From contig CM120641.1 in the NCBI GenBank assembly GCA_051362555.1, positions 45,328,401 through 45,392,400 of the forward strand: a DNA stretch of 64,000 nt, given 5' to 3'. This DNA comes from Lingula anatina. Its lineage: Eukaryota; Animalia; Brachiopoda. Positions within the stretch are counted from its first letter, which is position 1, and each line of letters begins with the position of its first letter. Below the pieces are notes generated by a model. The model was given only the letters and a program-made list of their open reading frames with translations. It was not told the DNA's origin and did not search any database. The position numbers and the translations under genes were made by a program. This document shows positions 26,877 through 39,394 of the stretch, in pieces.

Positions 26877-29705
26877 ATGGGCCAAGACAAGAAGGGGGGC
26901 AGTTTGCCCAATAAAGATGCATTCCAGAGAATGAACTTTTTGTATCAGGTAAATGATGTTTCGGTTTCCACTCTTCCTTTAGGGGTGCGCTTCCACAGCG
27001 GAATGAAGCAAAAACCCGTCGTTGTGCTCTGTACAAGCAAAGATTCTGTCACAAGTTACTGGTAGGTATATCAGAAAAATTTCCAAACTGATCAGAAAAT
27101 TAAAATACTTATATTATCTGAAAGGTAATGCAAAAACCGGATGAAATCATTTGGAATTCTTTAAATATTCCTACAAGCAACAAAGATATTGAAGTTTTTT
27201 AACTGCAAAAATCCACCAAAAGTGTCCACACTTCTCAGCTCAAAACCTGTGCCCACTGACCAGCAGTGATCACTCAGGCGCAGCAGAGCATCCTGTGTGT
27301 CTTTGTGTGCTCAGCCTATTGTCTGGCTCACATAGCCTGTGACTAATCAGGGCAAAGCTATTTCCCTGTGGTAATTTTCACATCATGTAATATTGCGCAT
27401 TAAATTAACTATACTTCGCAACCTTCAAATTTCATGATTTTTCTACATAATATAGCAAATTTAATAAACTTTGCTCGATATAAATTTCAAAAAGGTGAAA
27501 CCAGCATTTACCTGAAATTTTTTAGCATTTTGTAGAGGCAAAACTTCAAACAAGGAGAACCGAAACTTGTCAAAGACTGCAACATGGGAAAATCACGTGA
27601 CCGGATTTAACTCTTTGATTTACAACTTATTTAGTTAATGGCTTGTATTTGTTTTTTTACGCGGCGCTAAAAGAGAGATTTAAAAAAAGGGGTTCCATAG
27701 GCGAACTGTCAGCAGGCCGACTTCAGTTTTACACTTCACTGCCCCTGGACAGTTACGACTGTAGCGCCCCTAGCGGATTGTGATATACCTACACAAGTTC
27801 ACGTTTAAATGTTCCAAAAGTCCGTAGTTTATTGCCATGGCCCATTTGTGTACTTTTTGTAGTTCCACATTTTAATTGTCCATAAATTTTCATCCGCGGT
27901 TTTTACAGCTATTTTGGCCAAAGAAATGTTGACAGAAGCGACAACACTCTACTTTCTCAGGTGCGAGGTTTGTAAAGTGACCATTTGTGGATTTTTGTTA
28001 TTAGTCGGGTTTCGTCTGATGTCTTAAGTTTATTCCAGTATCTTAAGACTTCCTTAAATTGATCAGTTAAGTTTGAGGTCCAATCCATCTCCCCTCTTAC
28101 TGCAGTGTTTGTAGTGTGTTTACGCACTCCGAGAAAGAATTTTCCAGCTCTAGCTTGTAACTAGTCTAGCTTAGGAAAGGACGATAAACCCCAAACAGCG
28201 CTCCCATACATAACAGGTTCAATCTATGCCTTGTATAACTTTTTGTACACCTCAAAGCACATACCACCAACGAAAAAGTACTTTGACTGTAGGGTAAATA
28301 ACGCTCTGCTTGCGGACATCATTAGCTCTGATACCTTTCAGCAGCGTCAACAACAATGTTCCCACAATTAAAAGTTTCTCCGGTACATTGAGCTGTCTTT
28401 GTTCGGAAGTGTACAACTTGTGTTTTGTCTTGGTTTACCGAAATTCGCCATTTTCCTCACCATAGATGCAAAATATGTAGTAGTGCTAATGCATGGCTTT
28501 TCAGATTTCATGCCAAAAAGACGTGCATGGCTTTGGTAATCTTGGTTTGTCTCATTGCTCAAGCACTGATTTTTGCACCCCATGTTATATTTCAGGCAGC
28601 ACACCATGCATTAGCCTCCAACCCAGACAATGTGGAGATGGTGCGCTTTTACACTCATTCTCTGAAGAATATAGCAAAGAGGAAAGTGCTAAGATTGTAA
28701 GTGGGAATTTAAATTATAAGAAATTGTATTTGCACAGATATTTTCTGCTTACTTTGTATGTTTTATCTCAATCATGGACAGAACTAGAGGACAAATGAGT
28801 CTGTCAAACTTATTATTGTTTATTAAAGTTATTATTATAATTTATTTATGATATTTTTATTATATAAAGATGAGTTGTTATTATTATTTGATAAGAGACC
28901 CCAGCCTGAAGAGGACCATGTGTAAGAGATGTTCAATGCTGTTAGTGCCTGGAGTCTCAGCCACAGTGAGAGTGAGAGGTAGGCATTCCTGGCATATACC
29001 ATCTCAATATTACATCAACTGATAGATACTCTTTTTGATAGGTGATGGTAATTGAAATGTAATTGTCTCAATCCATGCGTCACAGCTTCTGCAATGTTAC
29101 ATTTGGAAGTTTTTTAAAATATGGATTATAAAGGGATGCATACATTTATTTTTAAAAATATTTTGTGATAATGATTAAACTTTTTTAACCTTGGTAACTT
29201 ACTAAGCAATTCAAGTACTCACAATTTTATCAAAATTACTTTTAAGTATTAAAATTATATATAACTATTAAAATAGGATAACATTATATATCCATTTTGT
29301 TATTGGTTTAAAAGCATGATGAATTCAATTACTGTGGAATAATGCACATATCTTTACATAGGAAAGGGGCTGAAGAGAGTCATTGTCAAGTGTGTGGAGT
29401 GCAAGCTGTTGAAGAGGTTTCCTCTTAAGGAGGGCTATAAACTTTGGTGTGAGCAACCAGAGGCTTGGATAGACCAAGACAGTGCAAAAACTCCACAGGA
29501 AAGAACATTTACAGCAAGGCCAGGGCAAGAACCTGCCAAAAAATTGCAGGAAGAAAAACTTGTCCAAGCACAGGGACCTATAGAAACACAAACACTATTA
29601 CCTCAGTTGGATGAGACCAATAAAAGGCAAAATGATGCAAATAGGGATGGTGAGAATGGTAGAACTAATGTGGAAAGAGGACAGGGAGATGTAGGTGAAA
29701 GTTAG
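26877..29705 (+). CDS. RPP21: Ribonuclease P protein subunit p21 (Rpr2/Rpp21), 4 exons
   Basis: Exons 26877-26948, 28596-28696, 28896-28978 and 29362-29705. Motifs AFQRMNFLYQAAH, LRLDPSLKRTMCKRC, LVPGVSATVR, CVEC (zinc ribbon); low-complexity C-terminal tail. Confidence 0.92.
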
Positions 29706-31375
29706 CACAACTGGCAGCTTCACTAGTGTTTATTTTTTTCTCCCTTTTGTGTTTGTCTTATGGCATTAGCTGACAGTGACATGAAGCTCATCATGTTGAA
29801 CTGATTAAAGGCAAATAATGAACTTTACAGAGAATGAAATGGTTTCATAATGAGACCTATTGCCACTTTGTTTAATAACTTACTGTAATGGAAAGTCCTG
29901 GCAATTATATATTGGTGTAAGGATGTTTATTCAGCAACTTAAAAGTGCCATTTAAGTCAGTTTCACATCACAATGTTCATATAAGAGAATAACAAATGCT
30001 TGCAATCATTGTAAAATTCAATAATTTATTAAAAGTATACTAGTTATAAGCAATAATGTGACAGATGATTAATAAATTAATTCATCAATTAAATAAATAT
30101 TTTTTCTCAACTTGTATATTATGCTTGAGTAATATGGAACTTTCACTTGGAAAACTACAACAATGTTAAAAATATTTAAAAGGTGACATTCTTGAAATTT
30201 ACAAGTAGATCGAGGTGTTGGCAAGCGAGGGTTCAAAAGATCTTTTTTGACAAGGAAAAAAAAAACGCTCTGAATCGAAATTTGACCATTTGTGTAAACT
30301 AATGGGTAAGATTGTTCAAATTATCAGAAAAAGAACCCTTTTGAAACTCAACACCTACAGGCCTGGCATGCTAATATTTATGTTCATGATCAACAAGTGA
30401 TATTGATAGTGAAAATGAGCTAAATTCTCTATTCTATTCTTAACTCTATTCTCTGACAGATTTTCAAAAATAAATACCATTTCTTATAAGATCAAATGAA
30501 ATATGAAATGCATAAAATTATAGTGCATATTCTTTTTGTAAATATATATATTGTCAACATTTGCAAAATTCCTCTTTGAGATAATATCAGAGACTTAACG
30601 ATCCTTATACCAACAAAAGGTATCTACAGCTAATTTAAAATTATCTTATCTATGCCAGACAAAGCTCTAGTGATTAAGTACAAGATTTCAAACATATGTT
30701 AAATACATAAACCACTTTTTATTTGACATATCTGAAACATGCAATGCTTTTTAAAATAATTTTTTAACAGAGAAATGCCATGTGACCTTAGACTTAGTTT
30801 TCCCAGATTGTTCCAGAGATGGTAAGAGCCTGAAAAGGCAGATCAAAGGTTGGTCAAAGAAATATACCTTTTACTCCAGAAAATTTGTTGATACATCTTT
30901 CATGGGAAAACTTTACCCTGTGCAACTTAAAGTTTTTTCTTAGTAGCAGTCTGGAAGTAACTACTCAAATACAATTTCTCATGCGATCATTGTTAATGGC
31001 ATTCACTGCATAGTCAACATCACCTTTTATCATCAAATATAATCTATGAAATTGTAGATATTTTGAAAAAAGAAATAAAGTTTAAATTGTTGTAAAGTAA
31101 CATGTGCTTCTAAATTTCCAAGACTGGAAGAGGTATTTCTGTGCTTATTATAAACTAATGCTAGCTGGTTTCATTAAGCCATTACATTTAAAATATAATT
31201 AGCTTAAGAAATTACACATCTAAATTGATGTAAATAGTTTGTGACATGATGTGGGTAAAATGATTCTGACAGAAAAGTTAGCTCATCACCCTTAATGAAA
31301 ATTGTGCTGGGCTGAGCCTGAGGGGAAGTTGTGGGGGGGGGGGGGGATGTGGAAAGGACGTGGCAGACACCTGTC

Positions 31376-31474
31376 CCAGTCTTCTCGTTATCTGGCAGAG
31401 GATCTAGTGTCCAGCTGTCCCGTTGATGGACTCTGGCTGGACACCTTCATGAAACGCAGGTAGAAGAGGACTGG
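31376..31474 (-). promoter_or_regulatory. SECIS element (type 2) in the MSRB1 3' UTR
   Basis: Minus strand reads AUGAA (31450-31446), 10-bp helix GGUGUCCAGC/GCUGGACACU, apical C-AGA bulge, minihelix GUCC/GGAC, then AGAU (31405-31402), forming the tandem G.A core. Basal CCAGUC/GACUGG pairing. Confidence 0.85.
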
Positions 31475-31774
31475 TCAACAGGAGGTCAGTCTCTGCCTTA
31501 ACCAGGGAATATAAGGGCTCTGATTCAAACAGCTAATTCTCAATGTCTTGTAATAAACAAATTCATGAAATTGTAATAAATGTTCAACTTCTGAGGACCT
31601 GGGATGGTTTCTTACAGGATCCTTAAACAGAAAGTTGGCATTCACATCTTCTGAGTTGATGACCTTTGTACACAGCTGGGCTGAAAGGCTGGCTGGAGCA
31701 TTCACTGATATAACTGTTTGAAGCAGAGTCCAGGAGATGAAAATGAAGTTGAGCTCCCTCGTTGTTCTCTGCAT

Positions 31775-33339
31775 TTCTGAAAGCCAGAAACAATTTTATT
31801 TTACCATTAAGACATTATATTTCCCATAAAAATTGCAACTCTGTTGAAAAATAAAGTATTACTTATAAAGCAACAAACTGTGTGTGTTTTTTGACTGATT
31901 TTGATAGCAAATAGATCGCATGTATTTAGGCTATCTGCATGCCGCATGCCACAAGCCAAGTATGCATGTGTAAGCATGTCTTATTCAAGACTGACTAATA
32001 TTTTTATAAGTAATAAAACTCACACTTTGCAGGGATAAACTTGAGGGAGGCACTGAATATTCAGAATCTAGACTGTCCCTCCTTTGGTCCGTCACCCAAG
32101 AACTCGTGTCCCAAACCATTGCCGCATTTCCCACAGGACACCTGAAAAGTAAAAATATACAAATAAATATCATCTTTACAATATATGTAAAAAAAAAAAG
32201 TACTTCACTCTACATAAAATGTGTGCACAGCTATTTGTCTGATGCTCAGCATGCAAAATTCGACACATGTCCTAGACGACCAATTCATACATTAAGCATT
32301 GAACTAATACAAAATGAAAATATCAGTGCTCATTTTCTTTGGTCTTTCAGATTTTCCTCAGTTTGATTGTCTGCTACATGTAAATTTTATCTTCAGACTA
32401 GCAAATTATTTCTTCATAACGGCAGTTTTCTGAGGTTGATTTGTCTGTAAGTGCTGAAAATTGGTTAAATACATAGCCTGGATACCTTTAATGCTCTGGG
32501 TGATTCTTCTCGTTTGGATAAGCTGTCTGACCTCATAGGCTGTGTAAAGGCTGGCCAAGGAGTAGCATGGGCATATTTGCTGTTGCTATGGAAAAGATCA
32601 TAGCCACATTGTGAGCAAACATACTTCCCTGGAAATATAAAATGAGCCCATGTTTCAAAAGCTAAGTGAAATATTTCTGTGAAATGATTTAGTTCTTACA
32701 TAAAAAAGGTCAATTTTACGTGCAGATAGGATGAAAAAAAATTGACAGGCAACCATATAGAAATAATCTAGAATGAAACATCACTCTTACTATGAACTTT
32801 AATGTGTTATAAAATTATTAAAATCATGTTTCAACTGACAACGTTACAAATGAAAATCATATAATAAATAAAGAGTTAACACAAAATACATGATAACACA
32901 GATGGAAGTGGAAAATTCAGTGTTCTAAAACAGAACTTAAAACTGACTGTCATCATGACAGTGCACAATATTTTTGTACGCCAAGTTACTATTATTTAAA
33001 ATGAAAGTACAAACATAGCACAAATGTATAATATAATATAAAACCCTGCTCATTACAGTGTACTTATTCAAACTAAAGAGTGTTAAATAGGCTGCCTAAT
33101 AATGTAATATCAGTTAATTGTGATTTCAATATAAGTTTTAGAACACTTAATTGACATATGAAAGAAGACCGTATAGGTACAGGCAGCCGGCATTAGGTTT
33201 AAGCTGAAAAAATACATGAAAACAGTTATGATAAAAATATTAATGTGCCTCAACATAATGCTACCGGCTGTCATTTTTTCTCACCATGATCAAAATTATC
33301 TCTGTATATTTCACCACCAAATAAGGAACAGAACGACAT
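31775..33339 (-). CDS. MSRB1: Methionine-R-sulfoxide reductase B1 (selenoprotein R/X) with Sec-UGA at 32063-32061
   Basis: Exons 33339-33285, 32628-32486, 32141-32024 and 31776-31775 give [31 protein letters not shown]...PWPAF...[39 protein letters not shown]. Two CxxC zinc motifs; the UGA sits at the position of the catalytic Sec in vertebrate MSRB1 (SRFUIFS). Missed by the ORF track. Confidence 0.95.
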
Positions 33340-33706
33340 CATCACTCTGTCCTGCTGGGTCAGAAACTGCTGTTGAAGTTATATAAACGTGAATGTAAAA
33401 CGTCAGGTCAAGGGGCAGCACTTGACGGGAAGCGGATCTAGTTTTCAAGACAAGATTAAGCTGATGCAATGGTGTTAAAGCTATTATGGAAAATCTGGAC
33501 GAAATTGCTTTAAAGTAAAACCAATAGTTGAAATTTGAAAAACGAGTTACACTATATAAATGATAGTAATATCTTTTACAGACGAAGAATTATTTAACGT
33601 TGGCATTGTGTTATCTTGATACAAAGCAGTCTACGAAGGTCTCCCATAGTCAAGTGCTGCCACCTCTATTGTGCTCTTCTGCGCAAAAAGATTGCAATAT
33701 TAACAA

Positions 33707-36700
33707 ATGGCTACTGATGATTCAGGTAAGCAATCGAAAAAACTAAAAAATTGATCGTTGATCCGAAGTAAAAGTGAAACATTCCCTTGGTGAGTGAGAA
33801 ATTGGGGCACCTGCAAAATTATATGATGCGGAGTTTAGACAATCGAGCATGGACACGGTTAACAAGAAACGCAATATCCTACCCAGTGGAATGATAATAA
33901 AAAAATTAAAAATAATAAGTAATAGTATGCAGATTGCCAATTTAACCTTTTTGTTGACATTGCTGCCGCATTTCTTTCAAGATGCATCGTTTATATTATT
34001 GTGTCTGATAGTGAACTAAGCAGCATACTTCAAACGTGCCATATATAACTATATATCATTATTAGGATTGACCAGGTGATTTTAGTGTTTTAATTGTTTA
34101 GCTTGGTTTGAACACTAGAACTATGGCTATGTGTTAGGAAATAGCATTGAAAAGTTCAAATCACATGTTATTCTTATCTCCTTTACCACCCATGATTTTA
34201 CATGAAGGCAAAAACCTACATATGTCCACTTCTCTCCTAAGTTGTTCTGTTCTGTTGTATTCTAGCTATGGATCCAAAGTTGGAAATGGAAACAAATGAA
34301 AATGATAATCAGAATCATAAAATTGAACCAAGTTCTGAGACAGAGAAGTCAAATACAGATGGAAATTCTAAAGTTGAAGAAAAATCTGAGTCAGAAGACA
34401 CAAGAACAGGTAATACCATGACTCTGAGAATATGTAAATTATTCAAGTCAAAGATGAAGTTGCATTTCTTTCTTTCTCTCTCTTTTTCTTTCTACTGAAA
34501 ATCTTGTAAAGATTATTTTTGAGTAAGCCAAAATTTTCAAATGATAAATTACAATTTACAAAAAACACTTTCATATTCTTTTGTGAAGGTAAAACATAAT
34601 TAAGGTTGTAGAAAATCTGTGCTTAGTCCTGATTTGTGTTAGTTCTGTTATGTGGCTAGTATGTTACATTTCTAATCAATATAATAATTTTCCAGGAAGT
34701 TCCAGTGAAATTTCAGAAAACAATATACAGTCAACTTCAGATACAAAACCAAAGGAAATGGTGGACATAAAAGTTATTTATAATAAACAAAAATATGATG
34801 TATCTTTTGATATGGATGAGACTGTCTCAAACCTTAAAACTCATATACAGACTTTAACAAGTAAGTGCATAAAAATTGATAATCATTCTTACATCATAAT
34901 AAAACTCACTCTCTCTCTCATTGTTAAGATTTATCAAATTGAAACTACAGAAACTTTGTCCATAGAACTTGGATATAAAACAACCCTTTACCATGTATTT
35001 CAGGTGTACCAGTAGCTATGCAAAAAGTTATGTACAAAGGTATGTACTGATGAGTTAAAAATATACCAATATAATAGTTGCTGCAATGTTTCCGCAAAAT
35101 TGCAATCTACATTTTGAAGTTTTCATCGTTTAAAGTTAGTAAAAGAATGCTTTTATTATTAGCACTTGTATAATTATACAGAAATAAATAAGTGAACTGA
35201 CGGATAAATACAAACACACTTGTAAATGGATTTATAAATGAATGAATAAAGAGAGACTCGGCAGTACTATATATGAGAGGAAATAATGTACATTTTTACT
35301 TTTAAAATATACACTTTTCAGGGTTAGTGAAAGATGACCAAACATTAAGAGACTTGAAAGTGACAAAAGGTGCAAAATTCATGGTAGTAGGATCCAAACT
35401 CCAAGATGTGATGGCTGTCAATGCACCAGATCCTAAAGAAATACAGAAAGAAGAGGCTGTGGCAACAGCACAAAAGGAAGCTCTATGTAATCAAAAGGTA
35501 TATGATAGATATGAGGAAAAATAATTATTCATAAGAAAGGTAAATATTGCTGATTTGTAATTTTTGACAAATGTTCATATCGTATTTCAGCAGTTTTCTC
35601 ACAAGACTAACCTTTCCATTTATCTGACAAATGCTATCACAATTTGATTGGAGGAGATTGAAGTTAGTTTGGCATTTTTATTGAGCAGCTTGGCTTATGT
35701 GGAAATTACACTACATTAACCATGTGATAATAGTTTATATAAATAGCACAAGTCACCCTGGTGTTAAAGTCATAATAACTCTTCATTTTGGCCAAAAATT
35801 GGATTTTCCTGGAGTAAACGGCAATTTTCCCGTACTTACCAATGGTCAGCGACCCCATTCCTGCATTCAAAGTTAATCCAGGGTTTTTTTCCTAAACGTA
35901 CGGTTTTTTGTTAAAATCTCTTAAGAGATTTTAACTGACGGAGCTCTCTCTGACATCGCATAGTCACTGTTGACCTACTTAAAACCGCGGGAAAAGCAGA
36001 CAACAACAACACTATATAAGATTCATGAGATATATTCGTCTTTTTGTTAAAAATACATTAATATCCACAATGTGTGCCGTTCTGGGCTTTTTGTTATCCG
36101 ACGCACTGTACAAAAACTCACAACTTACGTCTGCGTCCGCATTAATGCGTTTGGCGCCATATGTTATTTTGGTCTCGAATGAACGCGAGAATCCGCGTGA
36201 CACCATTACGTCATTAGCAACGAATGCCTTGATGAAAGCTTCGAAAGCCCTATTGACAAGCACAGATTTTAGTTTTACTACAATAACGGCCGTTTTAGTG
36301 GTAAAATACAATAGAATATATTTCCATGCGTTGTTTACAATGTATTTCATGCGGAATTTTGAATCTCAAAGGAAGAGTTATTATTGCTTTAATTGGTAAA
36401 AAAATCAGTACCATTCATTTCCAGATGCACAAAAAAGTTTTAGAAAAATATGGAAAACCAGATGATGTTGCCCCAGGTATTAAGGGGGTAAAAGAGCCTC
36501 TACCCACAGTCCCTGTATCAGGAATGTATAACAAGGCGGGGGGCAAAGTCCGACTCACCTTCAAACTGGAACTGGATCAGCTCTGGATAGGGACAAAAGG
36601 TGAAAGACAAAAAAAAAAAAAAAATGGATTTTTGGTATCTGGGGCCTGTTTCATGAATTAAAAGAGCTTCAAACTGAAAGGAGGGTCTTAGCTTTTACAT

Positions 36701-37917
36701 GGAAATTAGGTCTGCTTCAACTCTGGATAATTCTGCAGTTGTCCACTGTAATATAATAAAAAACGATAATCTTAAACAGTAGCTATGTATTTTTATTTTT
36801 ACAAAACAGGTGCAGTATTTATTTCCAGTTGGACTACTGTTGATTAACACTGAGTTGAATTAGACATTGTAGTATACAAGTGAAGGCCAACTTCCTCTCC
36901 AAAATTCTTCTGTGAAGCAGACTTGAGCATTTTTGTGTACATGTATGTTTTTAATTTGTACAGGTATAGGTGTGTAGGATATATATATATTTAGTCCTGG
37001 TAATATCATCCTACAACTATCACATTTTCAACAATTATTATTTCCCATTGTTAAAATTCCTATCATGTATAATAATAACCAATTAACTAATTGAAAATGT
37101 GCGGTAGGGAGTGGGATGTTTTTTTTTAAATAGGATATGTTCATAGGTGTTGCTGGAGAAGAATCTTTTTTGTCTGTTTGTTTTTTGATACATAAACTGA
37201 GATTAATTTTTCAGAGAGGACAGATAAAATTCCAATGAATTCCATAAAAGCAGTGGTTAGTGAACCTATTGAGGGTCATGAAGCATATCATCTAATGGTA
37301 GGTATTGATGATGATAATAATACTAGTATTTTATCATCATTGCTCTTGATGTCATTAAAAACACGTAGCTAAAGAGGAGTATATCAGTCTTGAAACTGTC
37401 TCATCTTTTTGACAACAATTTAAGATTTAACAAACTGTTACACCACTGACCATAGAAGACTGCTGGTATTATAATTCAGAGAATACATTTTGGTTTATGT
37501 TTTAAATTTAGCTGCTGTCTAACATGTCATTTGACTTTGGAATCGATACTGACATTGTTATGTATTTGATTTGAATTTCAATCTTGCCTGTGACACATGT
37601 AATAAAGGGTTGCCAACACAAAATTAATGGGAAGTGATGCTAAAATGCACAAAAACATGCATAAATAAATAGAATCTACAACCCCGGTAACATCACACCA
37701 ATATTCTCAGTTTCATATAGGGATTTTAAATAGTGTGAGGAGTTTTGGCTGCCTAAATACTTCTGTCTAAATATGGTAATAGTAGATCTTATTGTATTTT
37801 TTACAGGGCATTCAACTAGGGCCCACAGAGGCGTCTCGGTACTGGATCTACTGGGTCCCTGCACAGTATGTTGATGCAATCAAAGACACAGTATTAGGAA
37901 AATGGCAGTTCTTCTGA
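33707..37917 (+). CDS. UBFD1: Ubiquitin domain-containing protein UBFD1, 8 exons
   Basis: Exons 33707-33725, 34266-34409, 34696-34860, 35004-35039, 35322-35497, 36425-36599, 37215-37297 and 37807-37917. UBL domain (KVIYNKQKYDV...VPVAMQKVMYKG) and C-terminal GMYNKAGGKVRLTFKLE...QLGPTEASRYWIYWVPAQYVDAIKDTVLGKWQFF. Confidence 0.92.
35768..36388. mobile_element. Non-autonomous DNA transposon, Kolobok-like, in UBFD1 intron 5
   Basis: Imperfect TIRs AGTCATAATAACTCTTC / GAAGAGTTATTATTGCT, with TTAA on both sides (35764-35767, 36389-36392). AG..CT termini with a TTAA target duplication fit Kolobok. Confidence 0.75.
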
Positions 37918-39394
37918 CATGACTGTCATGTTCTGACACTCACTGACACGTCACATCTAGAGAAACACCAATGGGATAGAAAATATCTCTCTACGCTTGG
38001 ATCTTTTAATTAGAGAAAATCTAAATATTGATGCAAATTCAGAGATTAATCCAACCAAGTTTAGAAAGGAGATTTTGGTAGTCACACGTTACAGCTGTTG
38101 ATTGCATTTGTATTCAGTCACTTTAAAAGGAGTGTTTATAGAAGGATATCCATGCCGATAATTTAGGCATGGGCAAGTTCCAGAATAATGTTGGCTTTTT
38201 AATCTCATTTACTTTTTCCATAGGATCAGCGCTCGTCCATTTCATCATAAAACCAGCTGTATAGAAAACTTATTATGGTCATTTTTTCTGACCACTTCAG
38301 TAAGAGGAGAGAACCTCGGCTGTGTGTAGACCTGTGAAGTTGACAAAGCTTCGTGTTTCAGTAATGCCATGAATCTGTTGCTCATTGACAGTTAATTTTA
38401 AGTTAAACCTAGTTCTATGTCAGTGCTTACTGCCAGTCCAACTGTTTTACTACTACAAAAAACTGCTGTTTTCATGCATTTTGTTTGCCATGATTATACA
38501 ATGTATGGACTAATTTAATAAACAAAGTTATTTTATTTTATCAGCATTGTATTTAAAATGAGTGATTAGTATAGAATTTGACAAAGAATAACATGACCTT
38601 GATTAAGATTAAAACCAGATTTGGTGTCTGATACGAACACTTCAAGTCACCATTCTAATAGTCAACTAAAGACTGATAAAAATATTTTCTCTCCACTTAC
38701 TTTGAGATAGAAACTATTTTGTATCTGTTTCTTAAATAAATTTCTATGAATTATTTCCCACCATCATCATATGGCAAATATTGTTAGGGGGAGTCTGGAT
38801 CAGATGCCAATCCAGTAGTAGAAATAATTGAAATGTTTATCTACAATGGAAGCACTTTTTTTTTATAAGAGATTTGCCAGGTATGAAAACTAAACAATAA
38901 AGATAAAGTAAAAATATATTTAATAGTCCTCTGTAAAAATATAATTCTACACACAGCCTAGCTTATAGGCAGAAAACATTCAGCTATAAAGTAACTTTAA
39001 AAATCAAATAAAAAAGTTGCAAGCAGTTTAAAAATAATTGCAATAGCTCTTTATGTCTATAACACTGCATCACATTTAAAATCGAGTAAGTATCAACAAT
39101 ACTGATACAGTCACTTTAAGTATATCATTTCCACTTGCATAAATTTAAACAGCTGAATGAATAAATCCCCATTTATACTTTAAATTGAAAAAAGCAGTAC
39201 ATGGAATGTATGAATATCTTGAGATCACATTTTCCTTTAGTCCTTCAGGGGAAAAATTCCACACTACTTCACTCTTGGTCTTTGTAATATTTCTTAAAGC
39301 CAGCCCAAGTTTCAGTTTCCTCCTCCCAGCCTGTGTCTGTCATGAACGTTACTAATTCCTCACAAACTCAGGGTGCTTCATCGGCCACTTGGGT

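Noticed and set aside
32478-32485. GTATCC donor in MSRB1 intron 2 resembling a U12-type 5' splice site
   Set aside because: Reads GTATCCAG rather than GTATCCTT, and no TCCTTAAC-type branch site precedes the acceptor.
36012-36399. 112-aa and 124-aa antiparallel ORFs
   Set aside because: Lie inside the non-autonomous intronic transposon and show no transposase motifs.
37308-37340. Imperfect palindrome TGATGATAATAATACTAGTATTTTATCATCA; possible C/D snoRNA box C
   Set aside because: AT-rich simple sequence with no appropriately placed box D or terminal stem.
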